A DNA stretch of 64,000 nt, taken from contig NW_005434672.1 of NCBI RefSeq assembly GCF_000315625.1, positions 426,006-490,005 on the forward strand. The letters are read 5' to 3'. Every line of letters starts with the position of its first letter. The stretch's first letter is position 1. A program made the position numbers and the translations under genes. The notes under the pieces were generated by a model. That model was not told the origin of the DNA. It saw only the letters and a program-made list of their open reading frames with translations, and did no database searches. Below are positions 1 to 12,914 of the stretch, in pieces. This DNA is from Guillardia theta CCMP2712 (taxonomy: Eukaryota; Protista; Cryptophyta).

Positions 1-899
1 AAGGGAGTCAGCAAAGAGTGAAAATTTCGGGTACTGCATTCCTAAGAAAGGATTTGATTTTGAACGACAATACCTCTTGGTATTGTGTGGAAACCTAAGT
101 ACCTTTTCCTTTCTTCCCTGCCTTTCGGTGTATCTAAAATGTTCAAATACAGAAGCAAGGAACTTCTCCTCAACTCCAAGTTGAACAGAAGAGCTCCATT
201 TTTCCTTTTCTGTTCTAGAACTCTATCACACGGTTGCACCATGCTGCATTTCACCATGTTTGAATCTCACTGCCGTCACCCTCACTGAATAAGACTTTCA
301 CTTCTGCCAGACTACTATCTCTTTCCTTCCATGCCGTCATTCGTGATTACACACTTTCTTCTCTGCCAGGCCCTGAGCCATGGCCCCTAACACGACCAGC
401 TGCGGCGAACTGACGGCGGCGATTCTGCCATTGTTGCGGCTTCATTTTGACAGTGTTCTCTTTCCGCCATCGCACTTTGGAGCCGGGTCCGTCTACTAGA
501 CTGCTACACCTTGATGACCCCACCCCTAGTGTACCATGACCCACCCCCTCTCGGAGTGCGGCCGGGGGCTCATCAGGCCCCTGCCGCACTGCAGTGGAGG
601 CTACCATTACAGTACCCACCCTTCTGACTACCGTACGGCTAGCACGGTACCTTTCGCTCCCCGGCAATCGCCGACCGGTACCAATTGAATGGCCAGTCAC
701 CCGGTACCCCACCCTTACATGAAGCCTTTTATTCCGACCCCCCGGGGGGACCCCTCCAGTGCCCGACGGTGCCGCACTGGACTCCCTGGCAGGGAGGTGG
801 TGAAGTACCTGGCAATGGCACCGATAATGATGATGGTGACCCGTCCGACGACCGTACCTGTTAACGGCTAGTAGTAAATATTGGAATCAATTCCTGACT

Positions 900-2280
900 C
901 CTAGAGTCTGTGCACAGATGAATGACTAGTAGAACAGCTCAACAGCTGACTGATAAGTCCAAAGACCAAGACTCACAGATGATGTGCGCACGAAGACACC
1001 AATGACTTTCACAGCCAACCAAACACCTCAGATAACTCAGATCAACTTCCCAACAATCCCCAGCACTTTATTCCCAACACTCGTAGCAGCAAGACCAACC
1101 AAACAGCTTCCCTTCACACACCACCGCCTTACTTCCACCACTGTACGAGTGCTGCCTCTTCGACAGCCGGCGCCTCTTGATTCCTCCGGCGTCGCCTCAG
1201 CTTCCCCAGGCTCCAACCAACCGGATCTTCTAAGTCATAGACTAAGCTCCAGCCCACTAGCTTGGACCTGCAGGCTTCACTTGGTTCACAACCTGATTAG
1301 ACGCATCCCTTGAACTTATCGCGTCTGAAAGAACTTCTGAGAGGTTTGTCAGAACCTGAGTTCTTACACCCTCCCTTTGGGAAGCAAGTCAGAAGTCTGC
1401 AACCTTCTCAGCTTGTCAAAATCATCTGCTTGACAGCTAAGCAGCTGTCCCCTGCGATGTCCTCCTTTCCAACGATCGCTCTAGCTTCTTGCAGCGTTGT
1501 CAGCTGCTCCCATCACCTGACCATCAACATCTTTCCCAAGCTGACTTCCATGCTGCTCTCCTCTCCAAGGTCATCTTGCTGCTACCACTCCATCAACCGT
1601 TCTGCACAGGCTCATCCCCCATCTTGCATGCCTCCTGCGCTCCTCCTTCGCTTCAAGTGTGCACCCTGGTGCACCTGCGTTTCTCCTCCTGTGACACCTG
1701 CGCTCCTCCTCCGCTTGCGCTGCGGATGCAGTGCGGTCGCACCCCGCCAACAGTGCACCTGTGCTGCTCCTCCACCTGCGCTGCGGCTTCTCCCCACCAT
1801 CGTAGGGCCTGCGCTGCTCCTCCAGCGCTTGCGCTTCAGCAGCACTCCTGCAGCACCTGCGCTGTCCTCCTCTAGCGCATCCTGATGCTCGTGCACTCGG
1901 GTTCCTCAGCTTGTACCATCCGCATGCCACAGAGACTCTCCTCATCCGCCTGCGCTGTCCGCATGCACCTGTGCTCCTCCTCACCTTCCATCATAAACTC
2001 TTCCCAGCTGCCTGCAGTGTCAGCTCAAGACTAAGTCCTGAACACATCTGCATCTTTCAAGTCAGACAGCTCCTCCACCTCTTCAACCTGATCCTCATGA
2101 TGGGATTGGTCATCATGTGACCTCTCTGAAGCTTGCGCATTGAGCAATGAAGACATCTCCACCCATTGATGATGCCAAGAATTTAGAATTCCAATCAAGC
2201 TCCAGAGATCAGGTTCAGAATTCTTGCAATGCATTGATTGATCTCTGATTGTTTTGAACACAATTTTCTCGTTTCTAATC
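900..2280 (-). pseudogene. Decayed E/R-rich coiled-coil ORF (unassigned; possibly a TE ORF remnant)
   Basis: Minus-strand reading is broken by many stops. Recurrent gaggagcgcagg(t/c)g (EERR-like) units with abundant TpG/CpA suggest CpG decay. No recognisable domain. Confidence 0.3.
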
Positions 2281-2505
2281 TATGGGCCCTTTCTATCCTA
2301 TCTACCCCGGGGATCATTGTTTTGCCAAGGCACAATCATTTTTGACGTCAGCGCTTTCATTTCAACCACATGACTTATCGATCTCGACTCATCCGTCATT
2401 TCTTTCTCAATTTTCATTTTTGGCCATTCAATTTCATCGTTCACTACCGTCATGGGTTCCATAGATCAGGATGAGCGAGTTTCTAAGATACTAACCTAGA
2501 ACAGA

Positions 2506-2625
2506 TGTCTTGGTTGCAGCTAGCCACAGGCTTGAGGAAGACGTGTCTGTCTTTATCCTCCTTCCGATTCATCCGATTCCTTCACGTTCTCCATGAGAGT
2601 CTCCTCGGTGACATCACCCGAGACA
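2506..2625 (-). repeat. Candidate short 3' LTR of the copia element
   Basis: Bounded by an imperfect inverted repeat TGTCTTGG...CCGAGACA. On the minus strand it is preceded by a purine tract (agggaggg, 2626-2633). Lies downstream of the RT-RNaseH stop. Confidence 0.35.
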
Positions 2626-2917
2626 CCCTCCCTGAATCGGATAGAAGACGGAAGACTGACAATTCTCGAGCGACACGGACTCGGTGGCAAGGGTCCGAGA
2701 AACCCTCCCTGAATCGGAGAAAAGACGGAAGATAAAGCCTGGAAGCCACCGCAGCAGGATCGGTTGAATCTCCTTGTCGGAGACTGGAGCTCGGATCACC
2801 GTCAATCACACACGGGGCATACAACTTTGACGACTGACGGCATGGGAACAGAGTAGCACTGTCCCTGACAGAAACGCAGAGAGCATGAAGCGCAGAGAGC
2901 ATGACAGGCGAGCATCC

Positions 2918-4710
2918 TCAGAGCAGCATATCCGGTAAGGGGTCTCCGAAGAGAAATTCACCAAGGAGCCTCCACCGATTCAAAGGCAGAACTTTCGTCA
3001 GCAAATCACCAGGCTGATAAGAAGTATGAATCTTTTCTGGATAGAGCTCGTCCTTTTCTACCAAATCAACAGCATACTTCGTTCGAATATCAATGTGTTT
3101 GAGTCGACTATAACTTCGCTTGTCCCACAAAAGCCTCAGACATGGTTCATTGTCGATTAGCAAGAGAGTAGGACGAGTCTGCGTAAATCCCATCTGACCC
3201 AAGAGATTTCTATAAAGCTTGACTAGTTTCGCGCATGTGGTGGCAGCATAAATTTCAGCTTCTGAAGAACTCAGGGCAACAACCTTCTGCATTTTTGAAC
3301 CAAAGACGACTACCCCACCATTCAGAACGATTCCATATCCGCTTTGACTCCGTCTCGTAATAATCTCGGTACCCCAACCAGCATCACTGAATGCAATCAT
3401 CTCATTGACAAAACACTCCTGGTGGTAAGATACTCCGTGACAATGGTATACGATCTGAACCTCCCGAGTAGTGTAAAGGTACTGTAGAAGATGAATTAAG
3501 GCATCCATATCGCACTGCCTAGGAGCCCGAGCAAAGCGACTAAGGACGCTCGTCGCGAATGCGATATCAACCCGCGTACAATTTGCCACGTAGAGAATGG
3601 ACCCCAGAAGACTCTGATAAGTGCGGACTTCCTTCTTGTTCAACAACTTACCCTCCAAGTGATAAGTCTTGAGATAGTGACCAGGTAATACCGTTTTGAC
3701 ACCTCTGGCAACGATTTCAAAGCGTTCAACAATCTTTTCAATGAAATGCTGTTGTGACAAAGTTATCCGACCCTGATCGTCATTCTGTTCTATTTTAATG
3801 CCCAAGAAGGTACCGGTTGCCTCACTCCCTGAAAAGTCGAATACTGTGTTGAGCTTCTCAAGAAACTCAATCTTAACTGCTTCAGTTTGAGAGACAATGA
3901 GTAAGTCATCCACGAAGACAGTCAGAAGCAAGACGTCCCCCGCACAGTTGGAGTATCGGTAGATGATCTCATCATGTCCTATCCCACTTGCTCCCACCGT
4001 CTTCAACACCTGCGTGAACTTAAGATACCATCTCCTTGGTGCAATGCGAAGTCCATAGAGCGACTTCAAGACTTTGAGGAGGCACTCAGGAGGAAGACTC
4101 ATGATATCTGGAGGAATCAAATACACAGGAACCTCCAAGTCACCATACAAGAAAGCAGCAGAGATATCCCTGAATGTGATTCTCCAACGGTTGCCTGCCG
4201 CGATGCTCAGCAAGAGCCGGATATTGTCCAACGATGTAGTCGGTGCAAACAATTCTTCAGATGAAGGAAGTAAGTTGCCCATGATAACTAGCCGCCCCTT
4301 TCGTTTCAAGATCTTGCCCTTCAAGTCTCGTTTTGAAGCATACACCCACAAGGCGCGAGCAAGGACGGAATGATTTGACTCCCTGTTTTTCTGATCACGC
4401 GTAACAACTTCCCAGACCCCACGACTTTCGATCTTCGCAATTTCCTCCTTTTCAGCCTGCTCCCAAAGATGCCGATCCGGACGACGTAACATCTCTGACC
4501 TTGTCTTGGGATCTGGTAACTTGTCAAAACTACTTTCGTTCTCCACATTTCCTGCATCGCAAGCCGCTGTCATCACGTAATCTGCCTGATTCTCAGGCAT
4601 TGCAGCTGGATTGTCACGGTCGGAAGACATCAGAGATAACAGGTCAGACGCCAGCTCCACCGCGTCCCATACGGGAGAGACCAACGCTAGATTCGCCACA
4701 AGATCTGACC
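2918..4710 (-). mobile_element. Ty1/copia retrotransposon pol fragment (reverse transcriptase + RNase H), 5'-truncated
   Basis: Uninterrupted ORF with copia motifs: KRKGRLVIMGN, FAPT, DISAAFLYGDL, LKSLYGLR, VFVDDLL, FSDAGW, SSSEAE, IDNEP, KHIDIR, DLLTK. No gag, protease or integrase upstream. Confidence 0.93.
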
Positions 4711-5406
4711 GGTCACCGGGTACTACGGTATAATATAGTACCGTGGCCCAGGTTAGTAGGGTAGGGGGTGACTGCGGCAACCCCCCCCACCCCTGGCTGT
4801 CTGATCGGTTTAAGATCATCTTCCGTTCAGTACTACGGTAGTAGTCATCCTCGTCATTGCCGGCCGGGCCGGGCCCGCCCGGGCCCCGGCCGCCCAGCCC
4901 AGTGCACGGTGTTGTATTGCGCCGTTACACTGCAACGGCAATTCCAATGGCAACGTCATGCAGGGGTGGGCGCGAAAGGGGCTCAGTGATGTTGGGATAG
5001 CGGCAGGAGGATGGGAAGATATCTTCGAGAGACGATGGAAGGATCAGGAGGGGACGGTTTGAGTGGTGTGTTGGAGGAAGGTCGCGATCGTGGATTGCAG
5101 TAATGCAGTGGAATCGCGATGAACAGCAAGAGAACGGGAGGGAGCGAGTGGGAGAGTCAGAGATGGATGAGGTAGGAAGAGAGGGAGTGAATGAGGGGCG
5201 AGGTAGCAATAGAAGTTGAGGGAGGGAGCAAGTTGATATAGGGAGGGAGGGAGGGGCAGGGATTTGCTGGTTGCCTGATCGGTAGTCCAATCAGTCCGAA
5301 AGCACATTTCTCTGCGAACACTTGGATTCTAACTTGCTGTGTGCTCCATCTCCTCTGCCTGCCTGCAGCATGCCCTCCCACAGGACCGAGTTCGGTTAAG
5401 AAGGGC

Positions 5407-8204
5407 ATGGGAGCAGCCTCGTCGCTGGTGGACGCATACTATTGCCCGGCCTGCGGCGTCTCGCTGCGGGTCAGCCCGGGCGAAGGACCGCAGGACCGGT
5501 GCTCACGATGCGGAGGGCCTCTGGAGCATCGATCGGAGAGGGTAGGAGGCGGCGGCTCACTGACCGGCAGCGCTGAAAGCCCCTGCAGGTGACGAGGCCG
5601 CAAGTGTTTGTGACGCCCACGGGCCTCGTTATGACCGAGGAAGTGTTGAGGCAGTTTGTGCTGGCGCAGCTCTCCAACAGCATCGACGGGGATCATGTGC
5701 CTGACGCTGCTCGCGGTAGCTGGAGAGTGACGCCTGCTCGCAGCTGTCTCTTGCCGCCGACAGGATCATCGCTGAGATGCGGAGGAGCGCCAGCAACATT
5801 CTCAGTGAGGACCACGAGCTGATGGAGGTGGGCCTGTTAGGAGGAGAGGAGCGAGCCGTGGGCAAGGGCAGTGACGGGTCCTCCAGGCGATTTCGAGATC
5901 GCTGGCAGAGTCTGAGAGCAGGCAGGCGCCTCCTGCTTCTTCGCAGGTCCTCGAGAGGATGTTGAAGCTGAGGTGGACCCCCAAGACTCAGCGGGAGAAG
6001 GGAGGGCGGCAGAGCTGCTCCATCTGCCTGTCGGATTTCGAGATGGTGACGCTGTTTGCTGTTTGCTCCTTCCTCGCGCAACCGACCCTGTTGCGTCAGG
6101 GGGATGAAGTGATGCAAATAACCTGCGGGCACTTCTTCCACCAAGACTGCATCCTTCCCTGGCTGAAGCAGACCAACAGGTACCGTGCTGACGTTCCTGC
6201 GGTGCAGCTCCTCTCCGCACCCTCCCCTTCCCGTCTCCTGCTCACCATTTGTTTCGCTTCCAGCTGCCCCCTGTGCAGGTTCGAGCTCCCGACGGATGAC
6301 ACCGAGTACGAGGCCCGCAAGACCCGTGAGCCGCAGGAGGAAGTGAGAGCTCCGTCCACATCCTCCGGCAGCGCCTCAGTGTCGACGCCTCCCCGAGCAG
6401 CGGCTCCTTCCTCCTACTCCGCTGCGGAGCTGCGGGAAGAAGGGGAGAGCCAGGAGGGTCACCATCCCATCTTCGGGATGCGGAGGGGTTTCCTGCACAG
6501 TCAGAGCAGAGACAGCACTCGCCCAGTTCCCTCCCACCATCGGCGGCAGCTGCCAACCTCGACGAGAACGCAGCATGTGAGAACTGGCGGTGGGCGAGGA
6601 CGAGGAGCGCGATGATAAGAGGGGGGGGGGCAGGTGCACCGAGACGACGCGGAGGTCGAGACCGACAGTCTGAGAGGTAAGGATGAGCTGTCGCGGGTAG
6701 GTGGAGGAGTGGTGACGATGCTCCACAGCAGCGCAAGACCAGGACCCGAGGTCATCAGCGCTGAGCGAGACGAGCTCTGCGTCTGCTAGATAGCTGACCA
6801 AACTCCTCCCTTCTTCAGGCTGTGGAGCGTGAGGAAGCTCAAGGGCGTCCTGGACGCTGCTGGCATTGCCCACCATGGTGATTGCACGAGACCCCTGGCC
6901 CCGGGGTCTCTCGCCTGACCTCAGTGGGCAGACTGTCTGGAGAAGAGAGATTTAATCAACAAGTGCTTGCAGACTTCTCGGTGATGCCCTCGACCTCTGT
7001 CCCTTCGCCCCCGCTCACCAGGCCGTCCCAGGGAGGTCATCGCCTCCGCCGCTCAGATCTACGATGCAAGGACGGCCAACTCAGGTTGCAGGAGCTGGAG
7101 CTGGGGAGGAGCTGGGGATGGAGAGAGAGGCGCGGGGGAGGAGCAGCGAGCACTTACTCTCAGTTTCTTCAGAGTCAAGTCCTTCCCGACCAGAAGATCG
7201 TCTGAACCGCCCTGGAGCGCAGCGAGAACATCAAGTGCGCACATGCATAGTCTTGATCGCCGTCTTATCTCCATGCAGGCTTCTCCTCCTGACGACCTCC
7301 GCTTCCCTTCTCTCGCCAACCCACGGGGAAGCAGCGGAGGATCGTCCGAGAGCTCGTGGCAGAACCAGGACAGGAGCACAGGCGTCCTCCGATACCGCCA
7401 CCGGATCCAGGCAAACCGCTTTCCCTTATCGTTCCTGCCCAGCTGATCTCAGGCTCGGGCAGGGACGTTCAGCACTAATCGAGAGGAACACGGCCAGCCA
7501 CGAGTACGCCAGGAACCCCAACCCCACCAGGAGCAGCCAAGATGGGAGACAGGCCTTGAGGGATCGCTACAACCTGCCCAGCAGGCCTCGCTCGGGCATT
7601 TCGGCTGCGCCAGAGTCTCAGAACGCTCCTTCGAGCTCGCGGAGGATCCGGCTGCATCCTCTCAGAGGGCAGGCAGAGGAGTCGCAGGCTAAGGCAGCTG
7701 GAGACGATGAGCACAGAGCGAGTGGAGAGCTCAGCTCTGACAGCGCAGAGACAAACCCCAGAGCAGACTTGTCAGCCGCTCGTCCAACTTCCTGTAAGCG
7801 TTGCCTTCTCGCCTTGTCGCCTACCCAGCTCTTACTCCCTGCTACCACCCTTGTCACCTTCCTGGCATGTTGTAAACCCGCATTCTCAGCTTCCGGCCGA
7901 CAGTCGTTTCGGACGGTCCTGGACGACAGGACGATGGAGGTGAAACTCTTCGCTCCATTTCTGAGGACCTGACGCTCCAGTCATCAGGACGGGGACGAGG
8001 TGGACGACTCAAGAGCGCTGCCGGCAGAGGACCCCTTCCTCCGCCTCTCCAGAGAGCGCGAGCGCGAGTGCGTGACGTCGTTGCCCCTGCCCCTCTCCCC
8101 ATGACGGAGATCGCAGGTGGAGAGGGACGACGGTGCGGATGATGACGGGGCAGGACGACGAGGACGGGGCGTTTCTGAACCGGTATGTTCGACTGGGGCG
8201 ATGA
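5407..8204 (+). CDS. RNF126/RNF115-like RING-H2 E3 ligase with N-terminal zinc ribbon and internal HeH/SAP-like motif (multi-exon)
   Basis: Exon 1 YYCPACG...RCSRCGG. Spliced CSICLSDFEM/GDEVMQITCGHFFHQDCILPWLKQTN/SCPLCRFELPTDD. WSVRKLKGVLDAAGIAHH/DCLEKRDLIN at ~6820-6965. The 3' end is approximate. Confidence 0.75.
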
Positions 8205-8465
8205 CAACCGGTCGTCACAGCGTGGGGATCTTGTATTCTGTAAATTATTTCTTCTCTTGCTGCCGCAGACATCTTCTTCTACGTCCGGAGTCTCCCCCGC
8301 CCTCCCCCCCCCTCCCCCCTTAAACGTTCTCAAGTGCTCCCCCCCCCCCCCCAAAGCCTTGCACTCTTGCTGTCCCCCCAAAAGTTCTGAACATTTCCTG
8401 TCTCATCTTTTACACCTTGCTGGTGGTGCGCAATTCACCAAGAGCGCCAACATGCTGCCATCAGC

Positions 8466-10210
8466 CTAGGGCACATCTCAACATCACTCTGTTCCAGCTC
8501 TCGCTTTGTGCTCATGCGTGAGCAGACAAGCGTTCGAAAATCTTCATGCACAATCAACTCAAAGTTTTGAGTGAGAGGGCGGGGATGTTTCAAGGAAGGG
8601 GGTAATCGGAGTTTTTCGTTCTACGTCTGTGATGAAGCACAAAATCTCCACTTCATTCATGACCACCCTCGCTTTGTTGATGTTCCTCCTTGTGTTGTAG
8701 TCTGTTATGTCATCCCAGTACCGTGCAAGTCCAAGGTACTTGAATGGCCGAATCCTCCGCACTTGACCTGTTTCATCAATTATGACCTCTCCTATATTCC
8801 ACCACATGAACATGCTCCTCGTCGGCACCCGCAAAGGGAATTTCGAGTTGCTTGGAACCATGTGCTTACCACGTCCATCCATTTCCCCTTCCCCTACCTC
8901 CAATTCACTGCTCGCACGTAGCACTCCCTGCAAGGACACGGGATAACAAATCACTTGTTTTATTCGAGCATGACATCAAGAGAATAAACCCTCTTTCCAA
9001 AAGCTCACATCGTCACATTCTTCAAATCTTCACATCTGCGCTGCTGTCTCCGAACCACAACTCACTTACTTCCCTATCTGAATCAGACACTCTCAATGCT
9101 CCTCCTCTCATCCTCTTTGTCGCTGGCAGAGCGAACCCCATCCATGTTGTCACTGACGGCATCTTCATCCACAGTCTCCGTCACAGGCAAGCCTTCAGCA
9201 CCTGCATCATCATCGTTAACTGCCGTGCAAGCACCGGCTCCTCTCTCCTCCTCCTACCGCAGCGTCTTCACTTTCTCCTGCTCCCCCCAGGAGCACCAGA
9301 GGAGGCTCCTCTCTCGTCATTTCGTACATCCCCTGCGCCAGCGCCGTGTAGCCTTCGAGAAACCGCTTGAGATCCTGCCCCTGCCCCTGCCCCTGCCCCT
9401 GCTCTTCCACTGCTGCTTCGAGAGACTGTTTGACAGGCAACATGAACCAGGATACCACTGAGGGCAGGGTGGACAGCTGAGGGTTTCTGCTACTGCCGCC
9501 GCCTTCGCCTTCGCCGCCGTCGCTGCAGCAGCAGCTGCAGCTCTGACCCATCCCTGTCCTTCTTGGAGAGTACCAGGAGACGACGCGGGGGAAGGAGGAG
9601 AACTGGAGGACGGCGAGAACATGCTTGACGGTCTGACGACACGCGAGGCTGGAGGAGAGAGCGAGTTTCGTGTCTTGCGGGAGGATGTCCCAGACGACTG
9701 CAGTTAGGAAGCTGTTAGCTGCTGCTAACCTGCTGGAGCGCTGCGGATCCTGGCGAGCTCCTCCTCCTGTTGGAAGACGCGTAAGAGATGAGGTGGGGAG
9801 GAGGAGAAGGGAGGGGAGGAGACGAGAGGAAAGAGGGAGGATAGTTGGGCGACAGTGGAAGGTGGACGAAAGGGCGGGAGGGGGGAGGTTGAGTGGAGGA
9901 TTGAAGGGAAGAGGCCGGGGGGAGAAAAAGATCGGAGAAGGAGGGTGGAAGTGAGAGGCTGAGGGGGAAGAAGAGGAGAGCGCGGTAGAGGAGGGGGAGG
10001 AGGTAGGAAGGCGAAAGAAGAAAAGGGGAGAGTGGGAGAGAGGAAAAGCGAGAAGGGGGAAAGGAGGGTGAGGAGGGGAACGGCGAGAGTGTCATAGATT
10101 CAACCTTCCACTCTAAATCTTTGCCGTCGGACTTGTCGGGGTCAGGAGGCTCCTCTGCTGTTTCACTTGGCTGGCCAGGGCTCTCAAGGTCCTTGAGAAT
10201 CGATTCCTAA
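8466..10210 (-). CDS. Multi-exon protein with C-terminal GCR1_C-like (Crypton-associated) domain; may be the 3' part of the MORN gene
   Basis: Coding-like exons. HMVPSNSKFP...MFMWWNIG...IRPFKYL...WDDI...RRNINKARVVM at 8600-8890. The family call is from recalled pattern only. Confidence 0.45.
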
Positions 10211-10299
10211 GAGAGAACTCAACGACAGGACAGGAAAGGAGCAACTCGACAGCTTCACATGTTCACAGCAGATCGCTGACAACTAGCAACACTCCCCAG

Positions 10300-12520
10300 C
10301 ACAAGATGAACACCGTGGCTCACCAAATTGGCGATGAAGGCGGCAGAAGTCTCATGTTGACTTCCTCGCTGCATGTTTGTCTTCTCTCCCTCAAGAACTT
10401 CTCCGACGGCGTGCAACAACCTCTCTCTCAAAAGACCTGCATCAACCTCACTCGCCCCTCTTGCCCCTCCCTCCTCCCTCTCTGATTCTCAATCGTGCTG
10501 CCTCCTCGTGCTGCCTCCTCCTCCTCCTCGTGTGCTCCTCCTTCCTCTTCCTCCTCTTCCTCCTCCTCCTGCTCGTGCTCTTCCTCCCTCTTCCTTCTCC
10601 TCCCCCTCCTCGTCATTCTTCTTCCTCCTCCATAACCCCCTCCTCGCTCTCCCCCCCTGCTTCTCCTTACATCTCATCTCCACCTCAACCCCAAGTAACA
10701 AGAGGATAGAATCGTCTCACCCATGTCCTTGGCTCGGCTCTCAGGGTCAGTTGCTCTCAGCAGGGGGGACGTGCATCCTAACGAGCTGGGGGGGAGAGGA
10801 TCGATGTACCCAGCAGAGGAGAAGTACATCTCCCCCCGAGATAAAAACTTCCGTCCCCCTCCCCTCTCTCCTCCCCAGCTTCCATTCTCCTTCGTAGACG
10901 CCCCCGTAGTCATATCTCATCGCTCCCTTCCCATGCCGCAGGTCCAGGAAGAACTCCCCGCTGTAGATGCCGTTTCCTCCCGATAAGTGTACTCTACATC
11001 GCTCACGTACTTTCCCATCCCCTCCCTCCTCCCGCACACCCACTCCCCCTCGTAGCTGCTCCCCGCACTCCATGCTGTGGAGTCGGTATGGCAAGTCCAC
11101 AACCCCTTCCCATGGTACATGTCCTCATCAAACTCCCCAACGTAGCTCTCGAAGGGTGTGAGTACGAAGGGGAGTTCGTGCATGGACCGGCAGCACCCCA
11201 CACCCGGGGAGCTTCGCGCTGACCCCGTAGCACTTCGCTTCCTCGCTCTCGGGGTCCAGCCCAGGAGGATGAAGACCGTAGAGGAGCTTGCCGTATCCTC
11301 CAAACTTCCCCGCTACAAACTCCCCCTCGTACTTGAGATTCCTTTCTGCCAATTCCAGCGTCCCCCTCCCGTAGTAGAGCGACTGGTAGAACTCCCCCGA
11401 GTAGCTCTCCTTCTCCGTGACTCGGCATTCTGGCCCGTGCAGTATCCCATTCCGGTGCACGCCTGACTCGAGCACCTTCCCGTTCCTCCGCTCGAAGGAA
11501 AAGGACGCGGAATCGAACGTTGTTGTGCAGACTTTCCCGTCCCTGAATGTGAAGCTTTCCTCGCCATGCGACTCATTCATCCTGAACTCTCCTTCGTACA
11601 CATCACCGTTGGCAAACGTTCGTCTCCCCACGCATTTCCCATGCTCGAAGGTCGCCTCCAACATGCCTCCATCGGCAAACAGCACGTTCCCTTTACCGTC
11701 GGGCACACCAGCGTTGAAAGACCCGTAATACACATCACCATCAGTCAGCGAAGCCAGTCCTTTCCCTGCTCCCTCCTCTCCTCTCGACCCCAACTTGTCC
11801 TTTCCTCCCTCCGCAAACGTTCCTTCGTACCAGTCCCCCCACCTGCTGCGGTATACTCCCTTCCCATGAAAGTGATCGCGCTGCCAGACTCCTTGGTACT
11901 CGTCACCATCGGGAAACAGCAGCACCCCCTCCCCTTCCAGCCTCCCCTTCCTCACGCTGCCGCTGTACACGCTGCCATTCTTGAACTCATGGTTCGAGAT
12001 GATGGTCGTGTCCTTCTGCCACTTCTCCTCAAACGACGACCCGTTGGGAAACCAGTACTTGCCCTTGCCGTGGAACATATCCTTGGAGTGCTGCCCTTGG
12101 TACTTGGATCCGTTGGCGAAGAAGTAGGTTCCCTTGATAAAGTTTCCCTTAGTCTCGGACTCTCTCTTCCCATAGCTCATCGTCCCCTCATACCGATCGC
12201 CGGTGTCATAATACATAATTCTCTTTCCGGTCGGATGGAACAGGTGAAACTGCCCTTGCCATCGACCAATACATTTCTATCAAAATTATGCCCGTTCATG
12301 GCTTTAGGTCAGTGTCCTTGTTGCCTTACTAGTATGTGATAACTGAAGATACAGGTATTTATTGGCTGATCTATAGAGCGAATCATACTGCAGCTTGTGG
12401 TAAACTGTTTCCAGGTATACTTGCTGCAAGTGATACCTATACATTCACCTTCTTTTCGTCAAGCTCTTGCCGGAGAGGTCAAAGCCAATATGAACGATTC
12501 CGCAAGCTTTTCTGCTAGCG
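10300..12520 (-). CDS. MORN-repeat protein (multi-exon; both ends uncertain)
   Basis: Many G-x-Y-x-G-x-W/F-xx-G/D-xx-HG-x-G units (GDEYQGVWQRDHFHGKG, GGVYEGEWKLGRREGRG). A GTAAG..TAG intron at 12329-12277 shows the gene continues upstream. Confidence 0.85.
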
Positions 12521-12914
12521 AGTACTGAAGGACCATGATACCCAGCAGGCACTCGATGAAAAGGGTCAGCATGTGGGAGACTCAGGTGTGAACACTTGGA
12601 GGAAGTGGAATGGAGGACCGTGAATCAGTCTGAATGATGAAACAGGATAAACAGGATCACACAGTATTCGTAAAGGAGGCGTGCAAAACAGTGCCGCCGG
12701 AAACACCGCTGGTCCGTTGGTGCGATCAGTGTAAGGGCTGGATGGAAGATAGGAGGCAATTCAAGACACGTATATGAGGTAAATTAACCTCAGTGCTGGA
12801 AGGGTCTGTGGGATCAATGACATAGCGGCTCTGGTGAGGTATAAACGAGCTGGCAATCAGCATGTAGGAAGAATAGCCTCAGGGTTACCGACTGAGCTAC
12901 CTGATTCTAAAATC

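Noticed and set aside
1-300. Short ORFs at the window start
   Set aside because: No recognisable motif; cannot assign to a gene or TE.
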